Below the pieces are notes generated by a model. The model was not told the DNA's origin, made no database searches, and worked only from the letters and a program-made list of their open reading frames with translations. The translations under genes and the position numbers were made by a program. From NCBI GenBank assembly GCA_965203055.1, contig OZ241863.1:1824001-1888000 (forward strand): DNA of 64,000 nucleotides. The letters are read 5' to 3'. The DNA is from Spirochaetia bacterium (GTDB lineage: Bacteria > Spirochaetota > Spirochaetia > SZUA-6 > Bin103). Position 1 is the first letter of the stretch. Each line of letters starts with the position of its first letter. This document shows, one piece after another, positions 1-9,555 of the stretch.

Positions 1-1
1 A

Positions 2-139
2 GAGCATCTGTGGAAGATCGATTATATCAAACGTCCCCGCAAACTGACTGACGACCAGTTGCGCGAAGCGCGCGACTGGCACCTGCTCGCGTTGCAAGAG
101 GAGTGTGACCGCGGAGATTTCGGCGAGTTTCGGACATGA
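2..139 (+). CDS. 3' end of an upstream CDS (partial, hypothetical)
   Basis: Frame is open from the window edge (EHLWKIDYIKRPRKL...GEFRT*). Its TGA overlaps the ATG at 136 (ATGA). Confidence 0.6.
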   Translation, partial: EHLWKIDYIKRPRKLTDDQLREARDWHLLALQEECDRGDFGEFRT

Positions 140-2268
140 TCGAGCGCTGGATTAAGGAGGAATTTAGTCACGAACCCGTTACGGCGGTAGACGACCTCAT
201 CAGCGGCCGTGCCGGCGTCGGTTCCAACCTCCGCCTCGACCTGCCGGAACTACTGTATCAAGCGTTTCCGAAGAAATTGACCAATGAGCGCGCGCAGCTT
301 AACACGGCGCTATTGACTTGGATGTGTGGGATGCGCGAGCACTATGCGGAGCAAGTGAAGCATCTCGGTTTTTCAGTGTATGGCAAGCGAGTGTGTGACG
401 TCCTGATTGCGCTACAATTGCTTGATCTGCCGGAGGCCATACACGAGATCCGAGCGGAACTGACCACTTGGCTAAACTGGCTGGAGCCGTTGCGTCTTGC
501 TCCAGAGCGCGATCCGGCGCTGGAGTGCCTGCGGTTGCTGACCCGCGAACAACGCGATGCTCGCCACGCCGCTCTGTGGTTGCGTCTCGCCGTTGATCCG
601 AGGCCGGAGTATCTGACGGTAGCCCTGGCCGGGCTGCAGTTGCTGCCAAACCAGGGCAACGCGCAGACGAACCATAAGTTGATGCTGCAGGCGCTGTTGC
701 GCCACGCTGTCAGGACAGAAGATGACGCCAACGCGGCCCACACGTTCTTTAGTGAGCACTTCGCGGCACTACGCGGCTTCTTCCCACGTGACTATCAGCA
801 TTGGAGACAGGTCCTGGGCGATGCTTTGGATGGCTTCCTGGAACATACGCAGGAGCAAGCGGCAAAAAAGCTGGCCGACACATTGCGGACGAGCTCGCTG
901 GCCGAGCCCAATAGTTCCTCCCCTGCAAGGGTAGCAAGGCCGGCAACACAGGACCAGTGGGGCCATCTACTAAACGATGTCCTCGACTCGGACCATCGAT
1001 CGGAGACTCTCGCCCGGCGACTGTTCGAGCTTTTGGAGCAGAATCATCGTTATGCCAAGGCCACCGGCGTGAGCCATTTCTTCGTCCGTACGTTGCACAA
1101 CGTCGGCACCCGCCTGCTGGAACGGCATCAGCTCGGCCGGGCCGAAATGAAACGATTTGGTGTCATGATTGAACGCGCTCTAGTCTGGGAGCCGTCGAAT
1201 CCCTATTGCTGGATGCTCTGGGCGGACTGGTTCCGGGTCCAGGGTCACGGGGAGGGGCACGAGTCGACGTTGCGAGAGATGCTGCGTTTGTTTCCGAATG
1301 ACGCGCATGCGCGGGTCGAATTGGGGCGCCTGCTGATCGCTCAAGGAGAAGACCATTGGGACGAGGCTGAGCACTGGCTGCGGCAAGCAATGGAGCGAGC
1401 GCCGGATAGCGCGCATGCGCGGGTCGAATTGGGGCGCCTGCTGATCGCCCGAGGAGAAGGCTATTGGGACGAGGCCGAGCACTGCCTGCGACAAGCAATG
1501 GAGCGAGCGCCGGACAGCGGGCACGCTCGGGTAGTAATGGCCCGATTGCTGGCGCTGAGCCAACGCCATCCAGAAGCCGAGACAATGCTTGCCAAGTTCT
1601 TGGAACGGTACCCTGACAACCCACGGGTGCAGCAGTCTCTCGACCGATTGCGAGCGGGGGGTGCCGCCGCGGAGTTTAGTGAAGATGGAGAAAACACCGT
1701 TCAGAACGCGATTAGTCGTGGTGACCAGCCGGCACCTCTACCCAACGTTCTGAAAGAACTTGTCCGCCGCGGCGACCTTGCAAGCGAGTTCAGCCGTGCG
1801 CAAATCGCCAAGGCCAACGGACACGTCGCATCGACGAGTCTCATTAAGCGCGAAACGAAGATCGGCGACCCGTTGGCCGGCTTCTATTCGCAATGGCTGA
1901 TGCCGGACGAGACACCGGAGTGTCCTCCCCACGCCTGGGCTTGGAACGCCTGCCGGTACTGGCAACAGCCCACGCAAACGGATGGTTGGCAACATCTGGC
2001 GGAACAATTCCCCGAGGCCCACCCGGAAACCGAGTTCCTGCGTGTCCTCGCCGGGCCGGACGACGATAACCGATCCGGCGCGGCTGAGTGGCGCAATCAC
2101 TATTGCAGGGATGATAGCGCCGTATCCCGCCCTGTGGATGTCTTCATGCGCAAAGCGCAGGAACGATTGGCGGACGCGGACGCACGCCAACGCCGCGAGA
2201 TTGCCGTAGAATTGATGGCATGCGCGGCGGCGGGGGCTCCCGAATTCGGGCTGGAGTCGGCTGCTTGA
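136..2268 (+). CDS. TPR-repeat-containing protein, unknown function
   Basis: 710-aa ORF with TPR-like helical repeats (AHARVELGRLLIAxGExxWDEAEHxLRQAMERAPDS). Visibly lower GC than the neighbours. Confidence 0.75.
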   Translation: MIERWIKEEFSHEPVTAVDDLISGRAGVGSNLRLDLPELLYQAFPKKLTNERAQLNTALLTWMCGMREHYAEQVKHLGFSVYGKRVCDVLIALQLLDLPEAIHEIRAELTTWLNWLEPLRLAPERDPALECLRLLTREQRDARHAALWLRLAVDPRPEYLTVALAGLQLLPNQGNAQTNHKLMLQALLRHAVRTEDDANAAHTFFSEHFAALRGFFPRDYQHWRQVLGDALDGFLEHTQEQAAKKLADTLRTSSLAEPNSSSPARVARPATQDQWGHLLNDVLDSDHRSETLARRLFELLEQNHRYAKATGVSHFFVRTLHNVGTRLLERHQLGRAEMKRFGVMIERALVWEPSNPYCWMLWADWFRVQGHGEGHESTLREMLRLFPNDAHARVELGRLLIAQGEDHWDEAEHWLRQAMERAPDSAHARVELGRLLIARGEGYWDEAEHCLRQAMERAPDSGHARVVMARLLALSQRHPEAETMLAKFLERYPDNPRVQQSLDRLRAGGAAAEFSEDGENTVQNAISRGDQPAPLPNVLKELVRRGDLASEFSRAQIAKANGHVASTSLIKRETKIGDPLAGFYSQWLMPDETPECPPHAWAWNACRYWQQPTQTDGWQHLAEQFPEAHPETEFLRVLAGPDDDNRSGAAEWRNHYCRDDSAVSRPVDVFMRKAQERLADADARQRREIAVELMACAAAGAPEFGLESAA
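1303..1518 (+). repeat. Intragenic 108-bp tandem duplication (36-aa TPR-like unit x2)
   Basis: Near-identical copies start at 1303 and 1411. Confidence 0.9.
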
Positions 2269-2305
2269 GGCGGCTCTCCGCCTCGTGAGGGCGGGCTGAG
2301 GGCCG

Positions 2306-3520
2306 GTGGCGGCACGGCAACTGGCGGCGCTGGCGCCCGGCGCGCGCAACCTGGCCCTGGTGCGGCGCCGCGTGCGGCGCTGGAAGCCGCCGTTCGCGGC
2401 CGCCACTGCGCGCTGGGTGCGCCTGACGGTGTCCGGGCGCGAGGCGCTGCCGCGGCGCCAGCCGCTGTTGTTCCTGGCCAACCACACCGGCTTCTTCGAT
2501 CCGCCCATCGTGGTGCGCGCCGCGGGTGAGGCGGTGACCATGCTGGCCACCGAGTCCAACTTCCGGGAGGGGCCGATCGGCCGCTTCTTCGTCTACTTCG
2601 GAGCGGTGCCCAAGATGAAGTACACCGCCGACGCGCGCGCCATCTTCACCCTCAAGCGCTGGGCCGAGGCCGGCGCGCACGTGGGGTTGTTTCCCGAGGG
2701 GGAACGCACCTGGGACGGGCGCCGGCTGCCGCTGGTGCCGGGCATCGACAAGCTGGTGCGGCTGCTCGGCCTGCCGCTGGTGACCATGCGCATCTACAAC
2801 GGCTTTCGCCAGTCTCCGCGCTGGGCGCCGCGCCAGCGGCGCGGGCGGATCCACGTGGAGATCGATCCGCCGCGCCTGTTCGATCGCCGCTCCGCGCTGG
2901 TGGACATCAGGAGCTACATCGAGCAACGCATCACCGTCGATGCGTTGGCCGACCCGCGGTTTCCGGTCGCCGGCGGCGGGCTGGCGCAGGGGATCGCCAA
3001 CGTGGCCTGGGCCTGCCCGCGCTGCTTCCTCATCGACGGGTTGCAGGAGGCCGGAAGCCGCCTCCGGTGCCGCGGCTGCCGGTCGCAGTGGCGGGTGGAC
3101 TGCGACGCCCGGCTGCGGGGCCGCGGCGGCGCCCGCAGCTACACCCTGCCGCAGGTGGTGGACCGCATCCGCGCCCACTACGCCGGCGCGGGGCAGGCCG
3201 CGCCCGGCCGCGACCCGCTGCCGGCGAGCGAACCGATGACCCTGCTCGACCTGCGCCGGCGGCGGCCGCGCGTGGCCGGGCGCGGCCGCTTGCGGCTGAC
3301 AGGCGGCGAGCTGCTGGTGGAAGGGCCGCAGCCGTGGCGGCTGCCGATCGGCCAAGTGGAGGCGATTACCGTGGACATGCGGCGCCGGCTGACCCTGCGC
3401 TCCGGGCAGCGCTATCTGGAAGCCGTGCTCCCCCGCGAGTCGGTGCTCAAGTGGGAGTGGTTCGTCAAGCGGCAGCAGCAGCGGCAACAGGCAGCGCAGG
3501 CAGCCGCGGCTACACGTTGA
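2306..3520 (+). CDS. Lysophospholipid acyltransferase (PlsC-like) with C-terminal extension
   Basis: NHTGFFD (HxxxxD) and FPEGERT motifs. CPRC/CRGC pairs in the extension. Confidence 0.8.
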   Translation: MAARQLAALAPGARNLALVRRRVRRWKPPFAAATARWVRLTVSGREALPRRQPLLFLANHTGFFDPPIVVRAAGEAVTMLATESNFREGPIGRFFVYFGAVPKMKYTADARAIFTLKRWAEAGAHVGLFPEGERTWDGRRLPLVPGIDKLVRLLGLPLVTMRIYNGFRQSPRWAPRQRRGRIHVEIDPPRLFDRRSALVDIRSYIEQRITVDALADPRFPVAGGGLAQGIANVAWACPRCFLIDGLQEAGSRLRCRGCRSQWRVDCDARLRGRGGARSYTLPQVVDRIRAHYAGAGQAAPGRDPLPASEPMTLLDLRRRRPRVAGRGRLRLTGGELLVEGPQPWRLPIGQVEAITVDMRRRLTLRSGQRYLEAVLPRESVLKWEWFVKRQQQRQQAAQAAAATR

Positions 3521-4199
3521 ACTTGACGTCGATCACGTCGCCGGCGGAAATCCGGTAGCTGCGGTCCACGACCTGCAGCAGGCCCTTGGTCCTCGCTTCC
3601 TGCGGGGTGCGGAACTGGTCCAGGGAGGCAATGTTGAATACCTCGGCGCGGATGAACCCTCGTTCCAGGTCGCTGTGGATCTGTCCCGCGGCGGCGCTGA
3701 CCGCGGCGCCGGCCGCCGCCTCCCAGACCCGCGCCTCGCTCTTGCCCGCGGTGTAGAAGAAGATCCGCCCCAACGCCCGGTGCAGGCGGCGGACGTGCCG
3801 CTGCAGCTCCTCATCCGGCGGCGTGCCCGAGATCACGACTCCCGGCTTGAGGGTGCCCAGGTTGAGCCCCCGCAGGTGGATCAGCTCCGCTTCCGTGAAC
3901 TCCTCGCCGTTGAGCGGGCGTTCCCGTTCGAGCGCTTCGAGGGCGCGCTGCAGCAGGCCGGTGCGCGCCGGATCGCCGTACAGGTTACGCTCCAGGATCT
4001 CGGTGTCCTCCAACATCCAGTCGAGCTGTTCCTCCGCGGTGATCAGGAAGCAGTCGGCGCGGCGCCGCTGTTCCTGATCGAAGTCCGCGCTGAAGCGGGT
4101 GCGGCGGGCGGAACGGTAGCGCTCGGCCAGGGCGTCCAGCGCCGGGTCGGCGAGCTGGTAGCGGCCCCTCAGATCGGCCCCCTGTACGAAGATCTTCAT
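3510..4199 (-). CDS. YchF C-terminal (DUF933/TGS-like) domain protein lacking the P-loop
   Basis: FFYTAG...AAGQIHSDLERGFIRAEV...YRISAGDVIDVKFNV resembles the YchF C-terminus. No GxxxxGKS motif. ATG at 4199 chosen as start. Confidence 0.75.
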   Translation of the reverse strand: MKIFVQGADLRGRYQLADPALDALAERYRSARRTRFSADFDQEQRRRADCFLITAEEQLDWMLEDTEILERNLYGDPARTGLLQRALEALERERPLNGEEFTEAELIHLRGLNLGTLKPGVVISGTPPDEELQRHVRRLHRALGRIFFYTAGKSEARVWEAAAGAAVSAAAGQIHSDLERGFIRAEVFNIASLDQFRTPQEARTKGLLQVVDRSYRISAGDVIDVKFNV

Positions 4200-4310
4200 G
4201 ACTGCGGCCGCTACCCTACCCGATTCGGTCCGCCGCCCGAAACCCGCCGTACGCCCGCCCACGCCCGCCCGCCGCAAGCTGCGGGGCGGACAGGAACGAA
4301 TGCGCCCGAC

Positions 4311-4354
4311 TTGCCTGGGAAAATACTTGCGATTATACTTATTGTAATCACAAG
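4311..4354 (+). promoter_or_regulatory. Sigma70-like promoter with overlapping inverted repeat (probable MarR operator)
   Basis: TTGCCT (4311-4316), 17 nt, TATACT (4334-4339). Inverted repeat CTTGCGATTATA (4326-4337) / TGTAATCACAAG (4343-4354) just before the marR-like ATG. Confidence 0.65.
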
Positions 4355-4357
4355 GTA

Positions 4358-4807
4358 ATGGCCGCCACGTACGACCGCTTCGACGCCCCGGACGATCCGC
4401 CGCTCGCCGCCTTCCGGCAATTGATGCGCGCCGCGCTGCGCGGCAAGCGGGCGCTCGGGCCGCTGCTCAACCAGGCCGGACTGACCGGCGCCCAGTTCCA
4501 TACCCTGGTGCGGATCCCGGAGGAAGGCATCCCGGTCACCAAGCTGGCCGCCAAGGCCTGGTCCGACCCCGGCAATGCCTCCGGCGTGATCGACCGGCTG
4601 GAACGCGAGGGTCTGGTGGAGCGGCGCGCCGCGGCCCACGACCGGCGGGTCGTCCTGGTGCGCCTCACCGCCGCCGGGCGGCAACGAGTCGAGCAACTGT
4701 GGCCGGCCTTCCGGCGCCGTATCCAACGTATCATGGCGCCGCTGGACGATGCCGAACTGAGCCGCCTGGGCAGGCTGTTGGAGCAACTCGAGGCAACGGA
4801 GGACTGA
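4358..4807 (+). CDS. MarR family transcriptional regulator
   Basis: GLTGAQFHTL...IDRLEREGLVER...DRRVVLVRLTAAG, a winged-HTH pattern. Confidence 0.9.
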   Translation: MAATYDRFDAPDDPPLAAFRQLMRAALRGKRALGPLLNQAGLTGAQFHTLVRIPEEGIPVTKLAAKAWSDPGNASGVIDRLEREGLVERRAAAHDRRVVLVRLTAAGRQRVEQLWPAFRRRIQRIMAPLDDAELSRLGRLLEQLEATED

Positions 4808-4809
4808 AG

Positions 4810-6846
4810 GTGCAGAGGCGACCATCACCGCAACCCGGCAACGACGATCAGCGCCGCGGCGGCGCGCGCCCGCCGGGACCGAACGGCGCCGCCGCCGGCG
4901 GCCGCAACCGGCCCGGCGATTGGCCGCCCGGCGCAGACCGCGCGCGTGGCGCCGCCGGCCCCGGCGGCGCCACGCTGAACGGCGCGCCGCCCGACACCGG
5001 CCGCGGGCCGCGCGGCGGCGGCCCCAATGCGGCCGGCTGGCCCGGCGCCGCCGCCGGCGCCGGCGGCGCGCGGTTCGGACCTCCCCCCGGACGGCTGGCC
5101 TTGCGCGCCCTGGTGCGCAGCCTGGCCTTCATGCGCAAGTACCGGTGGCCTACCCTGGTCAGCCTGATCTGCCTGCTGGCCAGCTCCGCCGGCAACCTGG
5201 CGGTGCCGCGCCTGACGCAGCAGATCGTCGACAGCGGCATTCTCGAGGACCGGCTGCAGGCCATCCTGATCGGCGCCGCGGTGATCGTGGCGGTCACGGC
5301 GCTGCGCTCGCTGTTCACCTACATCCAGGGCGTGCTCGCCGCGCGCGTTTCGCAGGGCGTGGCGTACGACCTGCGCAACTCGCTCTACGATCACATCCAG
5401 AGTCTTTCCTTCAGCTACCACGACCGTTCCCAGACCGGCCAGCTCCTCACCCGCGCCACCAACGACGTCGACATGGTGCGCATGTTCATCAGTCACGGCG
5501 TGATCCAGATCATCACCACCGCGGTGCTGCTGGCCGGCAGCCTCTACCTGCTGTTCGCCACCAACTGGCGCCTGGCGCTGCACGTGATTCCGGTGATGGC
5601 GGCGGTGTTCGCGATCTTCACCTACATGGCCCGGGTCGGCCGCCCGCTGTTCCGGGCGATGATGGAGAAGGTGGCGGTCCTCAACACCCGGCTGGAAGAG
5701 AACATCGTCGGCGTGCGCATGGTGAAGGCGTTCACCGGCGCCGGCCATGAGCAGCGCCAGTTCGATGCCGGCAGCCACGACCTCTACGAGGTGTCGATGC
5801 GCGCCAGCCGCATCTTCGCGCTGGCTATCCCGCTGGTGTTCGCCATGGCCAACTTCGGCACCCTGGTGGTGACCTGGGGCGGCGGCGTTCAGATCCTCGC
5901 CGAGCGCCTGACGATCGGCGAACTGGTAGCGTTCCAGGGCTACCTGATCGTGGCCATGTTCCCGATCACCATGCTCGGCATGATCATGATGTCGATCTCC
6001 CAGGCGTCGGCCAGCGCCGAACGGATCTTCGAGATCCTCGATGCCGAGTCGGACGTCAAGGAACGGCCGGGCGCCGCGGCGTTGCGCCCGCTGACCGGCG
6101 GGCTGCGCTTCGAGGAGGTCGGATTCCGCTACTTCGGCGTCGGCGCGCCGGTGCTGCAGGAGGTCAGCTTCGCCACCGGCGCCGCCGAGACCATGGCCAT
6201 CGTCGGCGCCACCGGCTCCGGCAAGAGCACCGTCATCAACCTGATCCCGCGCTTCTACGACGTCACCAGCGGCCGGATCACCATCGACGGCACCGACATC
6301 CGCGCCGTCACGCTGCAGTCGCTGCGCCGCCAGATCGGCATCGTGCTGGAGGAGACCACCCTGTTCGGCGGCACCATTCGGGAAAACATCGCCTACGGGC
6401 GGCCGGACGCCACCGACGCCGAGGTCCGGGCCGCGGCGCGCGCCGCGGCGGCGCATCAGTTCATCAGCGGCTTTCCCGCCGGCTACGATTCGGTGGTCGG
6501 CGAGCGCGGCGTCACGCTGTCGGGCGGCCAGAAGCAGCGGGTCGCCATCGCCCGGGCGCTGCTCATCGATCCGCGCATCCTGATCTTCGACGACAGCACC
6601 AGCAACGTCGACTACGAAACCGAGGTGCAGATCCGCGGCGCCATCGAGAAGCTGCGCCACGAGCGCCTCTCGTTCGTCATCGCCAGCCGCATGAACACGG
6701 TGCTGGCCGCCGACCGCGTGTTGCTGCTGCACCAGGGCCGGGTCGCCGGTCTCGGCGAGCATCAGCGCCTGCTGCACGACAACGCGTTGTACGCGGAGAT
6801 CTACTACGCGCAGCTTTCCGAGCAAGCCGAGGAGGTGGCGTCGTGA
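4810..6846 (+). CDS. ABC exporter, TMD-NBD subunit (degenerate Walker B / H-switch)
   Basis: GATGSGKS and LSGGQKQR present. Walker B is ILIFDD instead of DE and the switch is IASR instead of IAHR. GTG start at 4810 is uncertain. Confidence 0.88.
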   Translation: MQRRPSPQPGNDDQRRGGARPPGPNGAAAGGRNRPGDWPPGADRARGAAGPGGATLNGAPPDTGRGPRGGGPNAAGWPGAAAGAGGARFGPPPGRLALRALVRSLAFMRKYRWPTLVSLICLLASSAGNLAVPRLTQQIVDSGILEDRLQAILIGAAVIVAVTALRSLFTYIQGVLAARVSQGVAYDLRNSLYDHIQSLSFSYHDRSQTGQLLTRATNDVDMVRMFISHGVIQIITTAVLLAGSLYLLFATNWRLALHVIPVMAAVFAIFTYMARVGRPLFRAMMEKVAVLNTRLEENIVGVRMVKAFTGAGHEQRQFDAGSHDLYEVSMRASRIFALAIPLVFAMANFGTLVVTWGGGVQILAERLTIGELVAFQGYLIVAMFPITMLGMIMMSISQASASAERIFEILDAESDVKERPGAAALRPLTGGLRFEEVGFRYFGVGAPVLQEVSFATGAAETMAIVGATGSGKSTVINLIPRFYDVTSGRITIDGTDIRAVTLQSLRRQIGIVLEETTLFGGTIRENIAYGRPDATDAEVRAAARAAAAHQFISGFPAGYDSVVGERGVTLSGGQKQRVAIARALLIDPRILIFDDSTSNVDYETEVQIRGAIEKLRHERLSFVIASRMNTVLAADRVLLLHQGRVAGLGEHQRLLHDNALYAEIYYAQLSEQAEEVAS

Positions 6847-8705
6847 GCGACTCCCGCCGCAACTCCCTGCCGGGCAAGGGCATGGCGCCGTTCGGCTTCC
6901 ACGACGACCAGCAGGCCGCCAAGGTGGGCCAGACCCTCCTGCGCCTGTTCCGCTACATGAGCCACATGCGCCTGGCCCTGTTCCTGGTGATTGCGCTGGC
7001 GGTGATTTCCGCCGCGGCGCAGGCCGCGGCGCCGATCTACATCGGCCTCGCGGTGGATGACCTGACGGCGTTCCTGGCCGGCGAAACCGACCGCGCCGCG
7101 GCCCTGCGCGGGCTCACCATCGCCATGCTGCTGGTGCTGGCGCTGTTCCTGGCGGGCTGGCTCACCAACGCCGGCAGCCGCTACGCGCTGGCCGCGGTCG
7201 GCCAGCGGCTGCTGTTCAAGCTGCGCAATCAGATCATGCAGAAGGTGCATGCGCTGTCGCTGACCTACTTCGACCGCAACGAGGCCGGCGACCTGCTGTC
7301 GCGGCTCACCAACGACACCGAGGTGATCAACCGCACCGTGGGGATGGGCCTGTCGCGCCTGGTCACCAGCTTCCTGCTGCTGTTCGCGATCCTGATCGGC
7401 ATGCTGGCGCTCAACTGGCGCCTGGCGCTGGCCACCTTCATCCTGCTGCCGATGATGTACGCCAGCACCGCGGTATTCTCCAAGCGCGCCCGCCGCGCCT
7501 TCCGCAAGACCCGCAAGACGATCAGCGGGGTGAGCTCCGAGCTGGAGCAGAACATCTCCGGCGCGCGTACCGCGCAGGCGTTCAACCGCCAGTCGTGGAA
7601 CTCGCAGAGCTTCCGCCAACTCAACCAAGCCAACCGCGACGCCAACGTCGGCGCCGAGTCGCTGACCGCGGCGTTCGCCCCCACCATGGACGTGATCAGC
7701 GCCGTCGGCATCGCCGTGGTGCTGGCCTACGGCGGCTACCTGGCGCGCCTGGAGCTGGTGAGCATCGGCGTCATCGTGGCGTTCCTGCAATACGTGCGCC
7801 GCTGGTTCGAGCCGGTGCGGGCGATCTCGATGCTGTGGGCGCAGTTGCAATCCTCGATTGCGGGCGCCGAACGGATCTTCGAGCTGCTGGACGAGCAGCC
7901 GCAGATCGAGGACGCGCCCGACGCCAGGCCGCTGCTGGTGCCGGAAGGCCGCGTGGAGCTGCGCGACGTGGTGTTCTCCTACGAGCCGCAGACGCCGGTG
8001 CTGCAGGGGCTGAGCCTGGTGGCGGAACCGGGCCAGACCGCGGCCCTGGTAGGTCCCACGGGAGCCGGCAAGACCACCGTCATCAGCCTGCTGGAACGGT
8101 TCTACGACATCCACGGCGGGTCGGTGACCATCGACGGCCAGGACGTGCGCGGCGTGACCCAGGAAAGTCTGCGGCGCAACATCAGCATCGTGCTGCAGGA
8201 CACCTTCCTGTTCGCCGACACCATCCGCCACAACATCCGCTACGGGCGCCCGGAGGCCGGCGACGCCGAGGTGGAAGCGGCCGCGCGCCGGGCGCGGGCG
8301 CACGAGTTCATCTCCCAGCTTCCCGACGGCTACGACACCATGCTGCAGGAGGGCGCCGCCAACCTCAGCCGCGGCCAGCGGCAACTGGTTTCCATCGCCC
8401 GCGCGCTGCTCAAGGATCCGCGCATCCTGGTGCTCGACGAAGCGACTTCGAACGTCGATACGCGCACCGAGCTGCTCATTCAGGCCGCGCTCGGCGAACT
8501 GCTGCAGGGCCGCACCAGCTTCGTGATCGCCCACCGCCTGAGCACCGTAAAGCGCGCCGACGTGATCTACGTCATCGACGGCGGGCGGGTCGCCGAAAGC
8601 GGCACCCACGATCAACTGCTGCAGGCGAACGGCACCTACGCGCGCATCTACCACAGCCAGTTCGAGCTGACCGAACGCGCCGCCAGCCCCGCTGCCGCGC
8701 TCTGA
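6843..8705 (+). CDS. ABC exporter, TMD-NBD subunit (heterodimer partner)
   Basis: GPTGAGKT, LSRGQRQ, LVLDEATS and IAHR motifs. Overlaps the previous gene (GTGA). Confidence 0.9.
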   Translation: MSDSRRNSLPGKGMAPFGFHDDQQAAKVGQTLLRLFRYMSHMRLALFLVIALAVISAAAQAAAPIYIGLAVDDLTAFLAGETDRAAALRGLTIAMLLVLALFLAGWLTNAGSRYALAAVGQRLLFKLRNQIMQKVHALSLTYFDRNEAGDLLSRLTNDTEVINRTVGMGLSRLVTSFLLLFAILIGMLALNWRLALATFILLPMMYASTAVFSKRARRAFRKTRKTISGVSSELEQNISGARTAQAFNRQSWNSQSFRQLNQANRDANVGAESLTAAFAPTMDVISAVGIAVVLAYGGYLARLELVSIGVIVAFLQYVRRWFEPVRAISMLWAQLQSSIAGAERIFELLDEQPQIEDAPDARPLLVPEGRVELRDVVFSYEPQTPVLQGLSLVAEPGQTAALVGPTGAGKTTVISLLERFYDIHGGSVTIDGQDVRGVTQESLRRNISIVLQDTFLFADTIRHNIRYGRPEAGDAEVEAAARRARAHEFISQLPDGYDTMLQEGAANLSRGQRQLVSIARALLKDPRILVLDEATSNVDTRTELLIQAALGELLQGRTSFVIAHRLSTVKRADVIYVIDGGRVAESGTHDQLLQANGTYARIYHSQFELTERAASPAAAL

Positions 8706-8775
8706 AGCGCGGCCGCATCCCCCACCCTGTTTTGCAAAGCGCGGTCGATTGGGGGCATCATGGCGGGCAACGACC

Positions 8776-9555
8776 ATGCAGGCACCGCGGCCCCTCACCA
8801 CCGACGAGATTCGCTTCTTTCGCTACAACGGGTTCCTCAAGCTGCCGTGGCGCCTGCCGGCGGAGCTGGTGGCGCGGCTCAAGGCGCAGGCCGCGGCCGC
8901 CATCGAGCAGGCGGTGGAACCGCTGGTGCGCGACTACCGCGGCGAGGTGATGCGCCTGTCGGCGATCTGGGAGCGCGGCGCTGCGTTCCGGGAGGCGCTG
9001 GGCGGCGCCGAGGCGGTGGCCGCGCTGCAGTCGCTGCTGGGACCGGACGTCGAGCTGATGCTCAACCGCCACAACCACCTCACCCTGCGCCGCCGGGATG
9101 AGCGGACCGCGATGTCGATCGAGCTGCACCGCGACGTGACCAACTGGTCGCGCACCATCTGCACCATCCTGTTCTACCTGGAAGACACCAGCGTGGAGAA
9201 CGGCTGCACGCAACTGATTCCCGGCAGCCACCTGCTGCCCAACCTGGCGCCGGGCCGCAAGGCGGAGGACGATCCCTGGTGGATCGGCTCCGGGTTGCTG
9301 GAGCAACGCATTGCGCTGCCGATGCCGGCCGGCGGCATGGTGGCGATCGACAGCATGCTGCTGCACGCCGCCGGCCGGAACCGCACTGACGGCACGCGCA
9401 TGACCCTTACCGCCGGCTACCACGTGGTGGACCACCACGCCGGCGCCTGGGATCCCAAGCGCGCCGTGATCTGCGGGCAGCGCGTCTACCGCGGCAACGA
9501 CGCCCGCCGCCTTACGCCGGCAGCGCCGGCAACACCGTCCGGAGCCACCCCGTGA
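8776..9555 (+). CDS. Phytanoyl-CoA dioxygenase (PhyH) family 2OG-Fe(II) oxygenase
   Basis: FFRYNGFL, LHRD, ENGCTQLIPGSH and LLHAAGRN motifs. Confidence 0.85.
   Translation: MQAPRPLTTDEIRFFRYNGFLKLPWRLPAELVARLKAQAAAAIEQAVEPLVRDYRGEVMRLSAIWERGAAFREALGGAEAVAALQSLLGPDVELMLNRHNHLTLRRRDERTAMSIELHRDVTNWSRTICTILFYLEDTSVENGCTQLIPGSHLLPNLAPGRKAEDDPWWIGSGLLEQRIALPMPAGGMVAIDSMLLHAAGRNRTDGTRMTLTAGYHVVDHHAGAWDPKRAVICGQRVYRGNDARRLTPAAPATPSGATP

Noticed and set aside
4810..8705. Degenerate ABC motifs as a sign of pseudogenisation or novelty
   Set aside because: One degenerate and one consensus site is the established pattern of heterodimeric exporters such as TM287/288.
4825..8801. Long antisense ORFs (here and opposite most genes in the window)
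   Set aside because: Shadow frames of high-GC coding sequence with no motifs. The opposite strand has clear family signatures.
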